In this document: one piece after another, positions 35,404 through 46,076 of the stretch
Numbering within the stretch: position 1 is the first letter of the stretch
Layout of the letters: each line of letters starts with the position of its first letter
Assembly: GCA_000002445.1 (NCBI GenBank)
Contig: CM000208.1
Location: 3,520,001-3,584,000, forward strand
From: Trypanosoma brucei
Lineage: Eukaryota
DNA: 64,000 nt
Direction: 5' to 3'
The notes under the pieces: generated by a model
Databases searched by the model: none
Told to the model about the DNA's origin: nothing
Seen by the model: the letters and a program-made list of their open reading frames with translations, nothing else
Translations under genes and position numbers: made by a program

Positions 35404-35820
35404 GAAACGTGAATTTTTATTCCTAGTTTTGTAGTATGTACGGCGAGGGCGCAAATATAGGGAAGAAAGGCGATAGGTAGGAAGGGCAACATTTTTTCTA
35501 TTTATTTTCTCAAATATTTTTCTAAATCTTCGCTTACGTTCGTTACGAATATAACTGCATATACGTATGTGAGTGGGTGATGATTTTTATTTTTTTAAAT
35601 ATCGTGGAAGATTCACTTAGCAGCGGTGTCCAGACAAAGGGACTATTTCCCCTTTCTTTCCCATTTTTATTATTACATCAAATGGTTGTGTATAGCCCAT
35701 TTCCGTTTAGATTTAACCTATTCCTGTACGAGGTGTGCAGTGTATGTTCATACATATTTTTTGCTTGCTCTTCAATTCAAATTTTCTTTATTCTTTAATT
35801 GCTAGTAGGTTGCATTGCGT

Positions 35821-35855
35821 TTCTGAATCTTTTTTTTTTTGAAGGTGCGCTCAGT
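35821..35855 (+). promoter_or_regulatory. Poly(T) tract plus AG upstream of the ATG at 35865
   Basis: ttctgaatctttttttttttgaag...cag immediately upstream of the MPKVKSG start. Confidence 0.4.
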
Positions 35856-35864
35856 AGAAGTCAA

Positions 35865-37910
35865 ATGCCTAAAGTAAAGAGTGGGGCTTCAAAGCGCGTG
35901 ACGTCCCGTCAGCGTCACAAGGTAGAGCGGAAGAAAAGGGAACATAAACGTGATCTACGTAAGGCAGCCAAAGCAATGAAAAAATCTGGACTGGGCCCGA
36001 AAAGGACGAAAAGGACTAGAGAGCTGGCGAGGTTGGCACTGAAAGTCTCAAATGCTCATCCTGACAAAGAAAGCATACTTCGACGAGTGCTTCAGGTCCG
36101 TGAGGAGGCCCGCGTCGAGCGGGGGAGACAGAAGGGCAAAAATAAAGAAGACAGTGATCATGAAGCTGCTAAAAATGTTGGGAAGTCGACCAAGGTAAAA
36201 GAGGGTAAGAAGTGCTTTACATTCATACCCGTTTCTGAATCCAATAACTTTTCTTATCAATTTAACAGAACCTTGATGGAATTGGTTTTCCCTACCTCCG
36301 AAACGTCTACCGAGGTACCTTCTGTCGCCTACGTGGTGACCCTCGACGCTCGATGTGCAGTCCAGTGCTTACCGTGGGGGCTTCTTGACGCTATCGTGCG
36401 CGAGGGCAATGCGTACAGGAACGCTGGGGGAAAAAGGAAGATACTGGTTCTATTCGCTCTCACCAAATGTGATCTTGTGTCGGTTCATGCGTTGATCAGT
36501 CAGATTTCTTTGTTGGCGCATGTGTTGTCCGAGCAATACATCGGTGTCAGTGACGGAGACGATGATTTGAATATTGGTGACAGCATTTATTTTACGTTCT
36601 GCCTGGTTTCGAATCGGTTTGAAAAAACCGTTCACCATCTGAGTACCCTTTTGAAACGGTTTCGTGCAAGCAATGGGTGCTCGAAGTATAATAATAAGAG
36701 CAATCTCAATGGAAAGATCTGTTGCTTCGTTATTGGTCTTCCAAACACGGGTCGGCGAACTTTGTGTCGCATGCTTTTTCAACACGACGACTCCAACACA
36801 AGTATCGTCCCAGTATCCGCTGCTCAGTTGCAGGTTGTAAATGGCCCCACTAATGAGTCGTGTGAGGGTCATGTGAAGTTTGCCTTTCCGAATGCAAAGG
36901 AAGTTACGGTGCTACAATTTCCGGAGGATGCCACTTTAAAGCGAGAACTATTCAATCTTTGCGGAAGTGAGGTTATATTTAAGCCTCAGACCTTTATTGA
37001 GAGCTTGGCTGACCCCGAGGTTGTTGGTCACGTGCTTTACGAAGCCGTAATGAACAAGGATGACCTGGCTCAGGGGTTCTGTCAACCTAATGAATGCAAC
37101 AGCGACACTACAAGTGAACGGAAGGAATTCTATGCTGCCAGACGCTTTTTTACACGACTGGGACAAACAGTGCGGAGGGAGAAGGGGTTTTACGTATCTC
37201 CATCACTTGTTTCTAACGCGGGAACGATGAGCAGAATGTGCAGCAGCTCCTTGACGGCTTCTACGACCTTCACCTCTTGTCAGCAGAGCACACAGAATGC
37301 CCCTCCTGACGCATCATACAGTAATGCAACCCCTAACAGACTTGTAAGAATTTCCTCCGTTGTTTCCAGAAGAAATGGGAAGAGGGGATGTACAACTCCT
37401 ATGAAGCGCGCTGATTATCGCAACGTGTTGAAACTGGGGGCACGCACGTTTATCCGTGAAATCCACCATGGAAGGAATGTCCCGTGGGCAGTGATGCGCT
37501 CTCCGTTGAAGGATTGCCTGACATTGTCGGATGTGGAGCGCGCCTCCACTATTTTTAACCTTTCCCTGTGCCTTGGTAAGGCTGTCGGCTCCGCCGAGGA
37601 TGCGAAAAGCCCTTCTGAGCATCTCACCGCGCTGCTGGATCACGTTGCCTCCCAGATGAAGCAGTATCTGGTGTTGCTGCCGAACAGCGTTGTCGAATTT
37701 AGTCCCAGTTCTATTGTGGCTCCTATCCATAAATTGGGTTTCACTCGAGAGAACGAGGGAGGATCAAATGGTTGTGGGGATGAGGACGAAGAAATTGAGG
37801 ATTATTGTGAAGGTGAGGAAGAGTGTGAGGATGACGATGAACAAGATGAAGGGGATGATGAAGAAAATGAAGACGAGTCGGAGGAGGGAGAGGATGATCG
37901 ATCTTGTTGA
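35865..37910 (+). CDS. Nucleostemin/GNL3/Nug1-family-like circularly permuted GTPase with degenerate P-loop and acidic C-terminal tail
   Basis: Basic N-terminus (MPKVKSGASKRVTSRQRHKVERKKREHKRDLRKAAKA) is like GNL3. Permuted order: G4-like LTKCDLV, then FRAS, then G1-like VIGLPNTGRRT (GKS replaced by GRR), then a D/E-rich tail. The ORF-track start is TTG; the first ATG is at about 35865. Confidence 0.55.
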   Translation: MPKVKSGASKRVTSRQRHKVERKKREHKRDLRKAAKAMKKSGLGPKRTKRTRELARLALKVSNAHPDKESILRRVLQVREEARVERGRQKGKNKEDSDHEAAKNVGKSTKVKEGKKCFTFIPVSESNNFSYQFNRTLMELVFPTSETSTEVPSVAYVVTLDARCAVQCLPWGLLDAIVREGNAYRNAGGKRKILVLFALTKCDLVSVHALISQISLLAHVLSEQYIGVSDGDDDLNIGDSIYFTFCLVSNRFEKTVHHLSTLLKRFRASNGCSKYNNKSNLNGKICCFVIGLPNTGRRTLCRMLFQHDDSNTSIVPVSAAQLQVVNGPTNESCEGHVKFAFPNAKEVTVLQFPEDATLKRELFNLCGSEVIFKPQTFIESLADPEVVGHVLYEAVMNKDDLAQGFCQPNECNSDTTSERKEFYAARRFFTRLGQTVRREKGFYVSPSLVSNAGTMSRMCSSSLTASTTFTSCQQSTQNAPPDASYSNATPNRLVRISSVVSRRNGKRGCTTPMKRADYRNVLKLGARTFIREIHHGRNVPWAVMRSPLKDCLTLSDVERASTIFNLSLCLGKAVGSAEDAKSPSEHLTALLDHVASQMKQYLVLLPNSVVEFSPSSIVAPIHKLGFTRENEGGSNGCGDEDEEIEDYCEGEEECEDDDEQDEGDDEENEDESEEGEDDRSC

Positions 37911-38162
37911 GTGGACTGCACGGGTAGGGCATATAACAGTAGCGTTTAAGTGGGATAATAAGAAGGGAATTTAAAATCCACCCCGTGTTTTCAAATGCAA
38001 TTGGAACTGCATTAACACTATGCAAAAATATTCATTTTCTGTTACTATACTTGTTTCACCTCCTGCTTTAAGCAAAAATTTTTTTGTTTCCTTTATCCCA
38101 ATGTCGTTGTGTGGTCAACTTTGTCTCGTTCCGGTACGGGGGAACAACTGAAGGCGAGGTGC

Positions 38163-40715
38163 ATGGCAGAACATGCTTTTGCGTCCGAGACTAAGTATGG
38201 TCGTAGGCTGAATATGTATTTGTGTCACTGTTCCTCCGAAGAGGCAATTTTCCCTGCGACTGCGTTACGCTTGCACACCCAAACCTCAACCGGTTGGCAA
38301 TCTGCCAGGTTGTGTACATATCCTCAAGAACTTGGACTCAGTTTCAGTGGCGAAGTGGAGCTAGATTATATTCGTGTACTTTGTCACGAAAGCAATATAC
38401 CAACACGCATTGAAGTATTCGTTGCTGAGGCTAGTGATGGGAGCACAAAGTTGAATGTGGTTACGCCCTACGAAAACAGCAACTTTCAGCGGATAGGTTA
38501 TGTGCACTTTTCTGCTGGGAATGAAAGTGCAGTCGGTATCCGTGAACTTAAGACCATTAAAGTGTGTCGCAAGTGCGTTTTCGTAAAGTTTTTGATACTA
38601 AATCCATATAGTTCCAGTTTCAATACCTTTAATCAAGTGGGTATCATTGCCATGGCGGGCCACGGGCGGCTTGTGAAGAGTATACAACGTGAATCCACAA
38701 AGCGCATATGCGTGGTTGGGGAAACGGTGGAGGTGCCGCTGGAGAAGATGTTGCCACCGATATTAAATAAGTTACCATCTGCTCCTTCGGGATCCGATAA
38801 GTTCGGGGAGGTCGACGCCGTAACGAGACGCCGCCTTGCGGAACTTCTTCGTGTAAAAGAGCATGCAGTGATGACCGAGGATTATGACCTAGCTGGTGCG
38901 TTGAAACCAGTGCTGGCCACTTTGGAGGATGTTGGAAGGGAGATTTACGCATTAGAGCAGCGGAAAAATGCTGCCGTGGAGGAGGAAGACTATGCTTCCG
39001 CGAAGAAGTTAAGGGATGATATCGAGGGTATGCGGAGAACCGCCTACTTGGTCTCGATAAATCGGGTACACACGATTCGTAGAAGGTCAGTCGACAACGC
39101 AGTGGAAGTGCGGAATATTCAACACAACAATATATGTTCAGATGAAAAGCAAAAGGAAGAAAATCAATGCAGGGGTCTTTCACCACCTCCAGCGCCTAGG
39201 GTGTTTTCACCTTCGACGTTTGATGAAATGCCTGTAGGTGGTGCTGGATACTACCGACTCGTTGACGGCGAAACGGGTGCAAACGACCGGAACCACGGTA
39301 TTGCGGATGTCGTCGGTGATGTAGATGTACTTTCTGCATGTGTCATTCAAGGGAAAGAGAAATGGGAGGAGCTACTTCTTCGTGCAATAGTAACGATTTC
39401 TGGTTGTCAAAGTCTTGAGCTTGACGTAGAAGACGAATCGGTTGCGGAGGGAAAGAGATTCGAGAAGGTGTTCGGGTCTGTTTGTTGTGGCTGCTTATTT
39501 GGGAAAAGGGGGAAACTTCGGGAGGCAGCCATTCGAGCCATATGCACCCCATCTGTTTTTGTTTCTCTTTTGGGCCACGCGGATAACATTACGGAAATGC
39601 TACTTTCGTACGTGGTTCTTCCCACTCGTGGCCTAAACGATGCGACTACGTCAGTTGTCATCGCTTCTTGTGACGCGGTTCGTGCAATTGCCGAACAGTT
39701 AGAGGGAGTTCCACCGTTATCATCTCTGAATTCACACTTATCACCAGTTTTGTCGGCTCTAGTGGCCCGCCTAGGTGACAGCAACAACCGTATACGGGAG
39801 CGCGCAGAATCTGCTCTTCTATCAGTTGCCAAATCAGCGCTTGATGTCGTTGTGGTGGCCCTGGTTAGCAACCCCCAAAAGAAGAAACAACATACGGTGC
39901 CGCATAGGGTGCACGCCTCGCGCATAGCTGTACTGAATAACCTGGTAGATATGTACGGTGCCGACGGTGCAGTTTCAACAAATCTTGAGGCCCAAAATAT
40001 TCTTTCAGAAGTTGTGCTGCCCTGTATGCAGCACTCTAGCGGTGAGGTGCGGGACGCCGCAAGTTCCCTCTTTGCTAAGTTATTACTTGTCGCCCCCAGT
40101 ATTGCGCAAAGGAGTATCGGAGTTCTTAAACCAACTCAGTGGAGTGCCGTCGAACATTATTTGTCTGAGCTGACGGGCGGGGCGTGCGATGAGGGATTTT
40201 CTCGGGAGGTTGATACCAGTGATAGATTGCTCCCAAGGACCGGATTTGTTCCGTGTGCGACGCCAACTTCTGCTGAATCCGTAACAGGAAGTGCCTCTGC
40301 AGGACGTGACGCTGCATCAAAAACGTGTCATTTTTGTGGAGAATTCAACGAAGGGTTTGTGGAAGCCTCTTTGGATATTCACTTCATTCGCGCGTGCCCC
40401 ATGCTTTGCCCATGTCCTTTGTGTGACCAGGTTACCGAAATCGCAACGTTGCAACAGCACCTCACTGGCGAATGCGAGAACCGGCATTTGGTTCGTGAAT
40501 GCCCGAGATGCAAGGAGGCGGTGCGCGTAGAGGATATCGAGAGACATATTGCAGCAGAGTCCTGCATCAAAGCAGTCCCCACGCACAGCGTTTGTCCACT
40601 CTGCCACGCGCGGTTCAAGGCTGGAATGAAAGGGTGGTTAACACATTTGGCAGCGCCTCCAGGTTGCCCAAAGAACCCCAAAAAGTACGATGGATCAGGG
40701 CCCATTACCGAGTAG
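38163..40715 (+). CDS. CEP104: CEP104 orthologue (ciliary/flagellar tip protein): N-terminal jelly-roll domain, coiled coil, TOG/HEAT region, C-terminal Cys/His zinc-finger array
   Basis: N-terminus aligns with human CEP104 (GWQSARLCTYPQE vs GWRSPRFCQFPQE; FQRIGYV..RELKTIKV..FVKFLILNPY...FNQVGIIAMAGHG vs FRRLGYV..RELKSVYV..FLKLIFHQNH...YNQVALVAINIIG). C-terminal CHFCGE...CPCPLCDQ...CPRCKE...CPLCHARF. The ORF-track start is GTG; the first ATG is 38163. Confidence 0.75.
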   Translation: MAEHAFASETKYGRRLNMYLCHCSSEEAIFPATALRLHTQTSTGWQSARLCTYPQELGLSFSGEVELDYIRVLCHESNIPTRIEVFVAEASDGSTKLNVVTPYENSNFQRIGYVHFSAGNESAVGIRELKTIKVCRKCVFVKFLILNPYSSSFNTFNQVGIIAMAGHGRLVKSIQRESTKRICVVGETVEVPLEKMLPPILNKLPSAPSGSDKFGEVDAVTRRRLAELLRVKEHAVMTEDYDLAGALKPVLATLEDVGREIYALEQRKNAAVEEEDYASAKKLRDDIEGMRRTAYLVSINRVHTIRRRSVDNAVEVRNIQHNNICSDEKQKEENQCRGLSPPPAPRVFSPSTFDEMPVGGAGYYRLVDGETGANDRNHGIADVVGDVDVLSACVIQGKEKWEELLLRAIVTISGCQSLELDVEDESVAEGKRFEKVFGSVCCGCLFGKRGKLREAAIRAICTPSVFVSLLGHADNITEMLLSYVVLPTRGLNDATTSVVIASCDAVRAIAEQLEGVPPLSSLNSHLSPVLSALVARLGDSNNRIRERAESALLSVAKSALDVVVVALVSNPQKKKQHTVPHRVHASRIAVLNNLVDMYGADGAVSTNLEAQNILSEVVLPCMQHSSGEVRDAASSLFAKLLLVAPSIAQRSIGVLKPTQWSAVEHYLSELTGGACDEGFSREVDTSDRLLPRTGFVPCATPTSAESVTGSASAGRDAASKTCHFCGEFNEGFVEASLDIHFIRACPMLCPCPLCDQVTEIATLQQHLTGECENRHLVRECPRCKEAVRVEDIERHIAAESCIKAVPTHSVCPLCHARFKAGMKGWLTHLAAPPGCPKNPKKYDGSGPITE

Positions 40716-41646
40716 GTGGAGTTGAAGGGTGAAATATGTGATGAATTCCTATTTTGTGATTGCTTGCCGACCACATCGGTACCCCGCAGAGCTTCGGTTC
40801 GAGGGTACTGAGGGTGTACGCGATATATGCAAATACTCGTGCTTCGCGTTCTCACGGAAGGTGTGGTCATTAGACCCGTGTTTCTTGCTACTTTATGAAA
40901 GTTAAACATTGTTTGTTGAAATTACATACATAAATGGGGGCGATAAGTCAGTCGCCGTTAATTTGTTCTTGGAACGCCCCGCGGAACGCTTGGAATTCGT
41001 TTAAGGTGAGGACCACTATTCTCTCACTCACACACACTTATGTATTCCCATTGTATCAAGTTATTTTCGCTTCTGGTCTGTGGGAAAGGGAAGTGTTCGG
41101 GGATGGAGAGGGGCCGCTTCATTAGACACCGCATCACTGCTCTCGAGCCACACCGCCTTTCTCGCGGCAACTTCTGACTGTTCGGTATTAGGCGGTGTCG
41201 AACCAACCCTTTCCACCTGTCCCGCTTACGCCATGCATTTGTTGGTATGTGGTGGAGATGTACCAGTGACGTCCTGGGAGGAGTGCGGTGTGCGATGTCT
41301 CCAGTCTGTATTACTGCGTTTTGTGACAGGTCATGTTTTTTTACCATTTCCTTTTTCTGAGTTTGGATGGTACCATAGAATGGCCACGTCAGGGTCTCCC
41401 TATCTTATCCTACTTTCTACAAGTTTTACACTCTTGTTTCGCTTCTCGGTGTGGGGGCTCGGTGCTCCAGGCGTCAATATCTTCATATACCTTTTACTCA
41501 ACTATCTGCTAAAATTCTATCTCTAGTGTAGGAAAAGGAAAAGAATTAGCTACTATAATTGCGTAATATAAAGAGGAACGCCTCACTGATAGTTTTTTCA
41601 ACGTTTGCTATTGTTTGTATTCCATCCTTAATTGTGCTGCAGAAAG

Positions 41647-44109
41647 ATGTCTGTGGAACAACCCGAGCAGCAAATAAGTGGACTTCTGGAGCAGCTGTAC
41701 CACAGTTCCAACGTGTCCGCAGAGCGTGAAACCATTATGAACCTGTCGAACGTCGTCAGGCAAGGAGGCGCAGAGTTTCTGCTTGACGTCGTCAAAACCA
41801 ATTTGAAGAGTGGAGTGCCCGAAAAGCAGGAGGCAAGTATGACCATTCTGGACGAGGTGACTCTCAACTGTGGTCCGTCGTTTGCTGTCATGCTTTCCTC
41901 ACAAAAGTGGATGGATCGCCTTATCAAGTTGGCTAAGGCAGGGCCGCCACAAGTAACTACCAAGATAATTTCTACTGTCATTGGGTGGCAAAAGCGGTAC
42001 CACACTGTTTCCTTTGCCCAGTGCATCAAGAAGCTGTCTCAGAGCAAAACTACGGGTGAGGCGTGCAAGCAGGCACTGCGTCAGGCAGGGGATGATGGTA
42101 CCGGGTCCTCACTGGGTTACGACGCGAGTTCTCCTGCTTCTCTGCGTTCGACAGGAGTAACCGACAGCCGGAAAAGTAAGAAGTGCGATGCCGTGTTGGC
42201 CGAGCTTCAGAGTGACCTTGTTTCTCTGGAGTACTCCCTTGAGAACCCCAAGTTTGTCCAGGATGATGCCATTGCAAGGGAGTGCAAGAATCACAAGATG
42301 AAGTGCATGCAAATGTTGGAATCAGGAAGCTATGAAAGCATTGCATCTGATCTTATGCAGTTGATTGAGCGCTTTTCCCGCGCTCTCGAGCTCTACGAAT
42401 GCATGACAGGCGTTGATTTGGGTGAGGGTGAAGCGGCAAGGTCGCGGGCTCTGACGAGGGGTAAGGATAATGGCGGTGACAGTGATGACGAGTACTCGAA
42501 ACAACTCCGTGCTCGCGTTGCGCCTAAAAATGCCCAACAAGTTATGCTTCAGGCTCAGGAAGCTACACAGCAGCTCGTGGAGAAGGAGCGTCATGAAACG
42601 ATGCAGCTGCGTACTCAGCTTGAGGAAATGCGCCGTAAGTACGAAGACATGCATAACAAGTACAAGGATGCTAAGGCAAGAAATAAAGAAGCGGTGGGTG
42701 CCTTGCAGGAGTATGCTAAACGCATAGAGGTGCTCGAGAAAAGCGGGGGCGGCGCCGCAGCCGCCGCTGCCGCACTGCCACCACCACCGCCTATTTCTGA
42801 AGAGAAAGACAAAGGAAAAGATAAATCGGGACCTGCCCTTAATGTGGGGCCAATAGCAACGGCCATGAGGGACACTGTGCAGGTTTTACGGCAGTCGCTG
42901 CGTGAGGTGCGGGAGCAGTACGTAAGCGATATCCAAAAGGAAAGCGCATATTACTCCTCTCAGCTCACTAGTGCTATTGCTTCGATTGCCGCTGCTGCCG
43001 AAAAGGATCGCGGTTCTAACAGCCAACTGTTGGTTCGCACCCAGGAGTTGTATAAGAGGGAAATGAAGCTGCGTAAGCAGTACTACAACCAGATTCAGGA
43101 GTTGAAAGGCAACATTCGTGTGTATTGCCGTGTTCGTCCCCTGCTACCAAGGGAAGTTGCTGCTGGCCATACGAATATTATGGACTTCCCCTCTGCCGAC
43201 GAGATCAGGGTCAACGATCCCGCTGGCCGGCAGAAGGTTTACGAGTTTGATGAAGTGTACCCGCCGCATGCACCCCAGGCCCGTGTCTTTGAAGACACGT
43301 CGCCTCTCATTGACAGCGTTGTGGATGGCTACAATGTTTGCATCTTTGCCTACGGCCAAACGGGAAGTGGCAAGACCCATACAATGGGTGGGTACGGGGA
43401 AGACAGAGGTATCAACACCCGTGCCTTGCAGCGACTGTTTGAGATCATTGACGAACGTAAGGACACTGATGAATCTACCGTTACCGTCTCTGTGCTTGAA
43501 ATCTATTGCGAGATGATCCGAGACCTACTGGTTCCGAAGGAGAAGTCCAAGTCCACGACTTATGAGGTGAAGCAGGGTGGCCAGTTCGGTACCTATGTGA
43601 CAAACCTTTCCGAAGTTCCCGTTCAGTGCGCTGACGAAATTACAAAGATTATGGAGAACGCAAACAAAAACCGCAGTGAGGGCCAGACGAATATGAATGA
43701 ACACTCTTCCCGATCCCATATGGTTTTGTATATCACTGTCCGAACAACGAACAAGGAAACCAATATGCAGTGCTTTGGTAAGCTCTCGCTTATTGACTTG
43801 GCGGGAAGTGAGCGTCTCGACAAGACAGGTGCAGAGGGACAGATGTTGAAGGAGGCTGTGGCTATCAACAAGTCGCTATCGTCGCTGGGAGATGTCATCT
43901 CCGGGCTGGCGCAGAACAGCAAGCACATCCCATTCCGTAACTCCGTGCTGACGTACTTGCTGCAAGACTCCATGGGTGGACAGGCCAAAGTTTTGATGTT
44001 TGTCTGCGTCAACCCTGCAAGTTACAACGCCAGTGAAAGTAACAGTTCGCTTCAATTTGCCTCTCGCGCTCGTGGCGTATCTCTTGGCCAGATCAAGAAG
44101 AATCCATAA
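41647..44109 (+). CDS. Kinesin-14 (C-terminal motor) with N-terminal VHS/ENTH-like domain and central coiled coil
   Basis: C-terminal motor: IRVYCRVRP, FAYGQTGSGKTHTM, SSRSHMVLYITV, LIDLAGSE. N-terminal 130 aa aligns with VHS domains (VRQGGAEFLLDV ~ IRQGDTQAKYAV; ILDEVTLNCGPSFAVMLSSQKWMDRL ~ ALEVMESVVKNCGQTVHDEVANKQTMEEL; KIISTVIGWQKRY ~ KILYLIQAWAHAF). The ORF-track start is TTG; the first ATG is 41647. Confidence 0.85.
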   Translation: MSVEQPEQQISGLLEQLYHSSNVSAERETIMNLSNVVRQGGAEFLLDVVKTNLKSGVPEKQEASMTILDEVTLNCGPSFAVMLSSQKWMDRLIKLAKAGPPQVTTKIISTVIGWQKRYHTVSFAQCIKKLSQSKTTGEACKQALRQAGDDGTGSSLGYDASSPASLRSTGVTDSRKSKKCDAVLAELQSDLVSLEYSLENPKFVQDDAIARECKNHKMKCMQMLESGSYESIASDLMQLIERFSRALELYECMTGVDLGEGEAARSRALTRGKDNGGDSDDEYSKQLRARVAPKNAQQVMLQAQEATQQLVEKERHETMQLRTQLEEMRRKYEDMHNKYKDAKARNKEAVGALQEYAKRIEVLEKSGGGAAAAAAALPPPPPISEEKDKGKDKSGPALNVGPIATAMRDTVQVLRQSLREVREQYVSDIQKESAYYSSQLTSAIASIAAAAEKDRGSNSQLLVRTQELYKREMKLRKQYYNQIQELKGNIRVYCRVRPLLPREVAAGHTNIMDFPSADEIRVNDPAGRQKVYEFDEVYPPHAPQARVFEDTSPLIDSVVDGYNVCIFAYGQTGSGKTHTMGGYGEDRGINTRALQRLFEIIDERKDTDESTVTVSVLEIYCEMIRDLLVPKEKSKSTTYEVKQGGQFGTYVTNLSEVPVQCADEITKIMENANKNRSEGQTNMNEHSSRSHMVLYITVRTTNKETNMQCFGKLSLIDLAGSERLDKTGAEGQMLKEAVAINKSLSSLGDVISGLAQNSKHIPFRNSVLTYLLQDSMGGQAKVLMFVCVNPASYNASESNSSLQFASRARGVSLGQIKKNP

Positions 44110-46076
44110 GGTAGGCTGACATTCCAGCCTGCAAATTACTTTTAATGTTTTATGCTTGAACTTCGTTTCCTTCTTCTCTTTTCTTTTCTGTGTTCTCCTT
44201 TTTGCTGTTGTTTTTCTCTTAATATTTGCTTACGTCGCTATCATATCTGGTGCCACAAAAAACAAGGTGGAGGAGTATCTCTCTTGGATTGTGACCACGA
44301 AGATGTCAGCGTCGCCACCTTGTCCATTGTTTTTCCCCTTTGAAATCAAGAAAAAAAAGGCCAGACAACAGGGAGAAGTGAGAAAAGGGGAGACGGACAA
44401 TGCATATGTGCTTACATTAAGGCTGTGTCCCCCTCCTCCCCCTCCTCTCTTTTAATATAGGTAATATAATGATAATATATATGTGTTATGTATGTATATA
44501 TATATATATATATTCCTCTTCATATTCGTGGATGCTACAAAAGGCATATTTTTACAATCCAAATTCGCGTCTCACTCCCCCTTTTGTACTTCAAAACACG
44601 AGTGAAAAAACAAAAAAGGGAAGGGTGCTGGCTGGAGGAGCGAAAGTGGAAAAGGAAAGGGAAAAACTTCTTTGGTTCGTCGATTACAATACTTTTGTTA
44701 ACATATCCTTGCTGTTGAGGGTGGGTTAACAGCTAAAAAAGTAGGGAAGTGAGATAACCTTCACTTTCCTTTTTGGGTTTGCTTTCCTGACCTTCTTTTT
44801 TTTTTTTCTGTTATTTACTCTGCGTGCTTGTTTGTTTTTAAAAAATTTTCTCAGTCCCCTTCTGTCCCTCCTCGTTCACCGTTTCCCACAAGGCGATGCC
44901 CAACCGCAGTATCGCCCTATGCATTTGCATCTAAATGACTTCATGTGCTACCCCCCATCCTCACGTCGCATCCGGTTTCATCTTTTCTTAAGCACCGGAG
45001 AAGAAATATTTCCCCCCCTATATATATATATATATATGCATATATGTATATGTGTGTGTGTTGCAGATAGTGAAGGCAGAGGGGGAAAAAGAAAAGAACC
45101 CACGCATGGCCATGTGGACTCGCCAGTGCATGGGGTTTAAGCTGGAAACAGTAGATGAATCTGAGAAACAATGATGGAAGCAAGAGGGGAAAGGGGTGTG
45201 AATGTGGAACAACTAAAACAATATGGAGGGGAATGTTCGATGAATATGAATAGGGTGAGGAAATAAATAAATTGAAAAAAAGCATTTGAGAGGAAAGGTA
45301 ACGAGAGGGAAGGATGTAATGGAAGAAAAACAGGGATGGGGAAACGGGACCGTGAAGTGACGGCAGAAGGATTAAGAGGTCCTTAGTAACGTCTCCATGT
45401 GCGTTGAGGCCTAAATTAAAGGATTAATGGGGGAGGTGTGAAGAGTGAAGAAAAAATAATATGAAAAATTGATATTTTTGTCATTTTCACTGATGAAAAA
45501 AAAAAATATCATGTAAAGAGGGAGGGTAGTAAATGCTTTGTTTTTTTTGCTCTTTTTGTTCTGCTGTATTTGGTATTGTTTCTACTGGTTACTGCTATTG
45601 ACTCCTTTTTTCGTCTCTGCGTTGCCTGAAATTGTGTATGCCATCTTTTTATTCAAATGTGATTCAGCGCCTATTTATACTTTTCCTTTCTTCCCCCTTT
45701 ACCTTTACCTATCATTGTCACTGTGTTTAGGGTATACTGCACGCTACTTGGCCACTTTTTTTAGCTTACCGACGCGTGTGCTCTTTTTTTTTTTTGCTTT
45801 CATATCTGGTGTTCAAGGTTATTTTTGTTGTTTTCCCCCTTTAGAGACGGTGACGTCAGCAACCGCACAATATTAAGGAATACAATTTCTGTGCTGGGAG
45901 GGGGAGTGATCCAAATTCTTATCCTGTGTTAATTATTAGGAGGTAACGTTCACCCAGGGGGGAGGGAGAGCGATTTAAAAGGGTTCTCGCCACCTACCTT
46001 TGAGCTAGCAGGCACGAAGGTAGCACTCAAGCACTGCAATCTCTCCGTCGCAGGCGGCCCGGACCTAATACACGAT

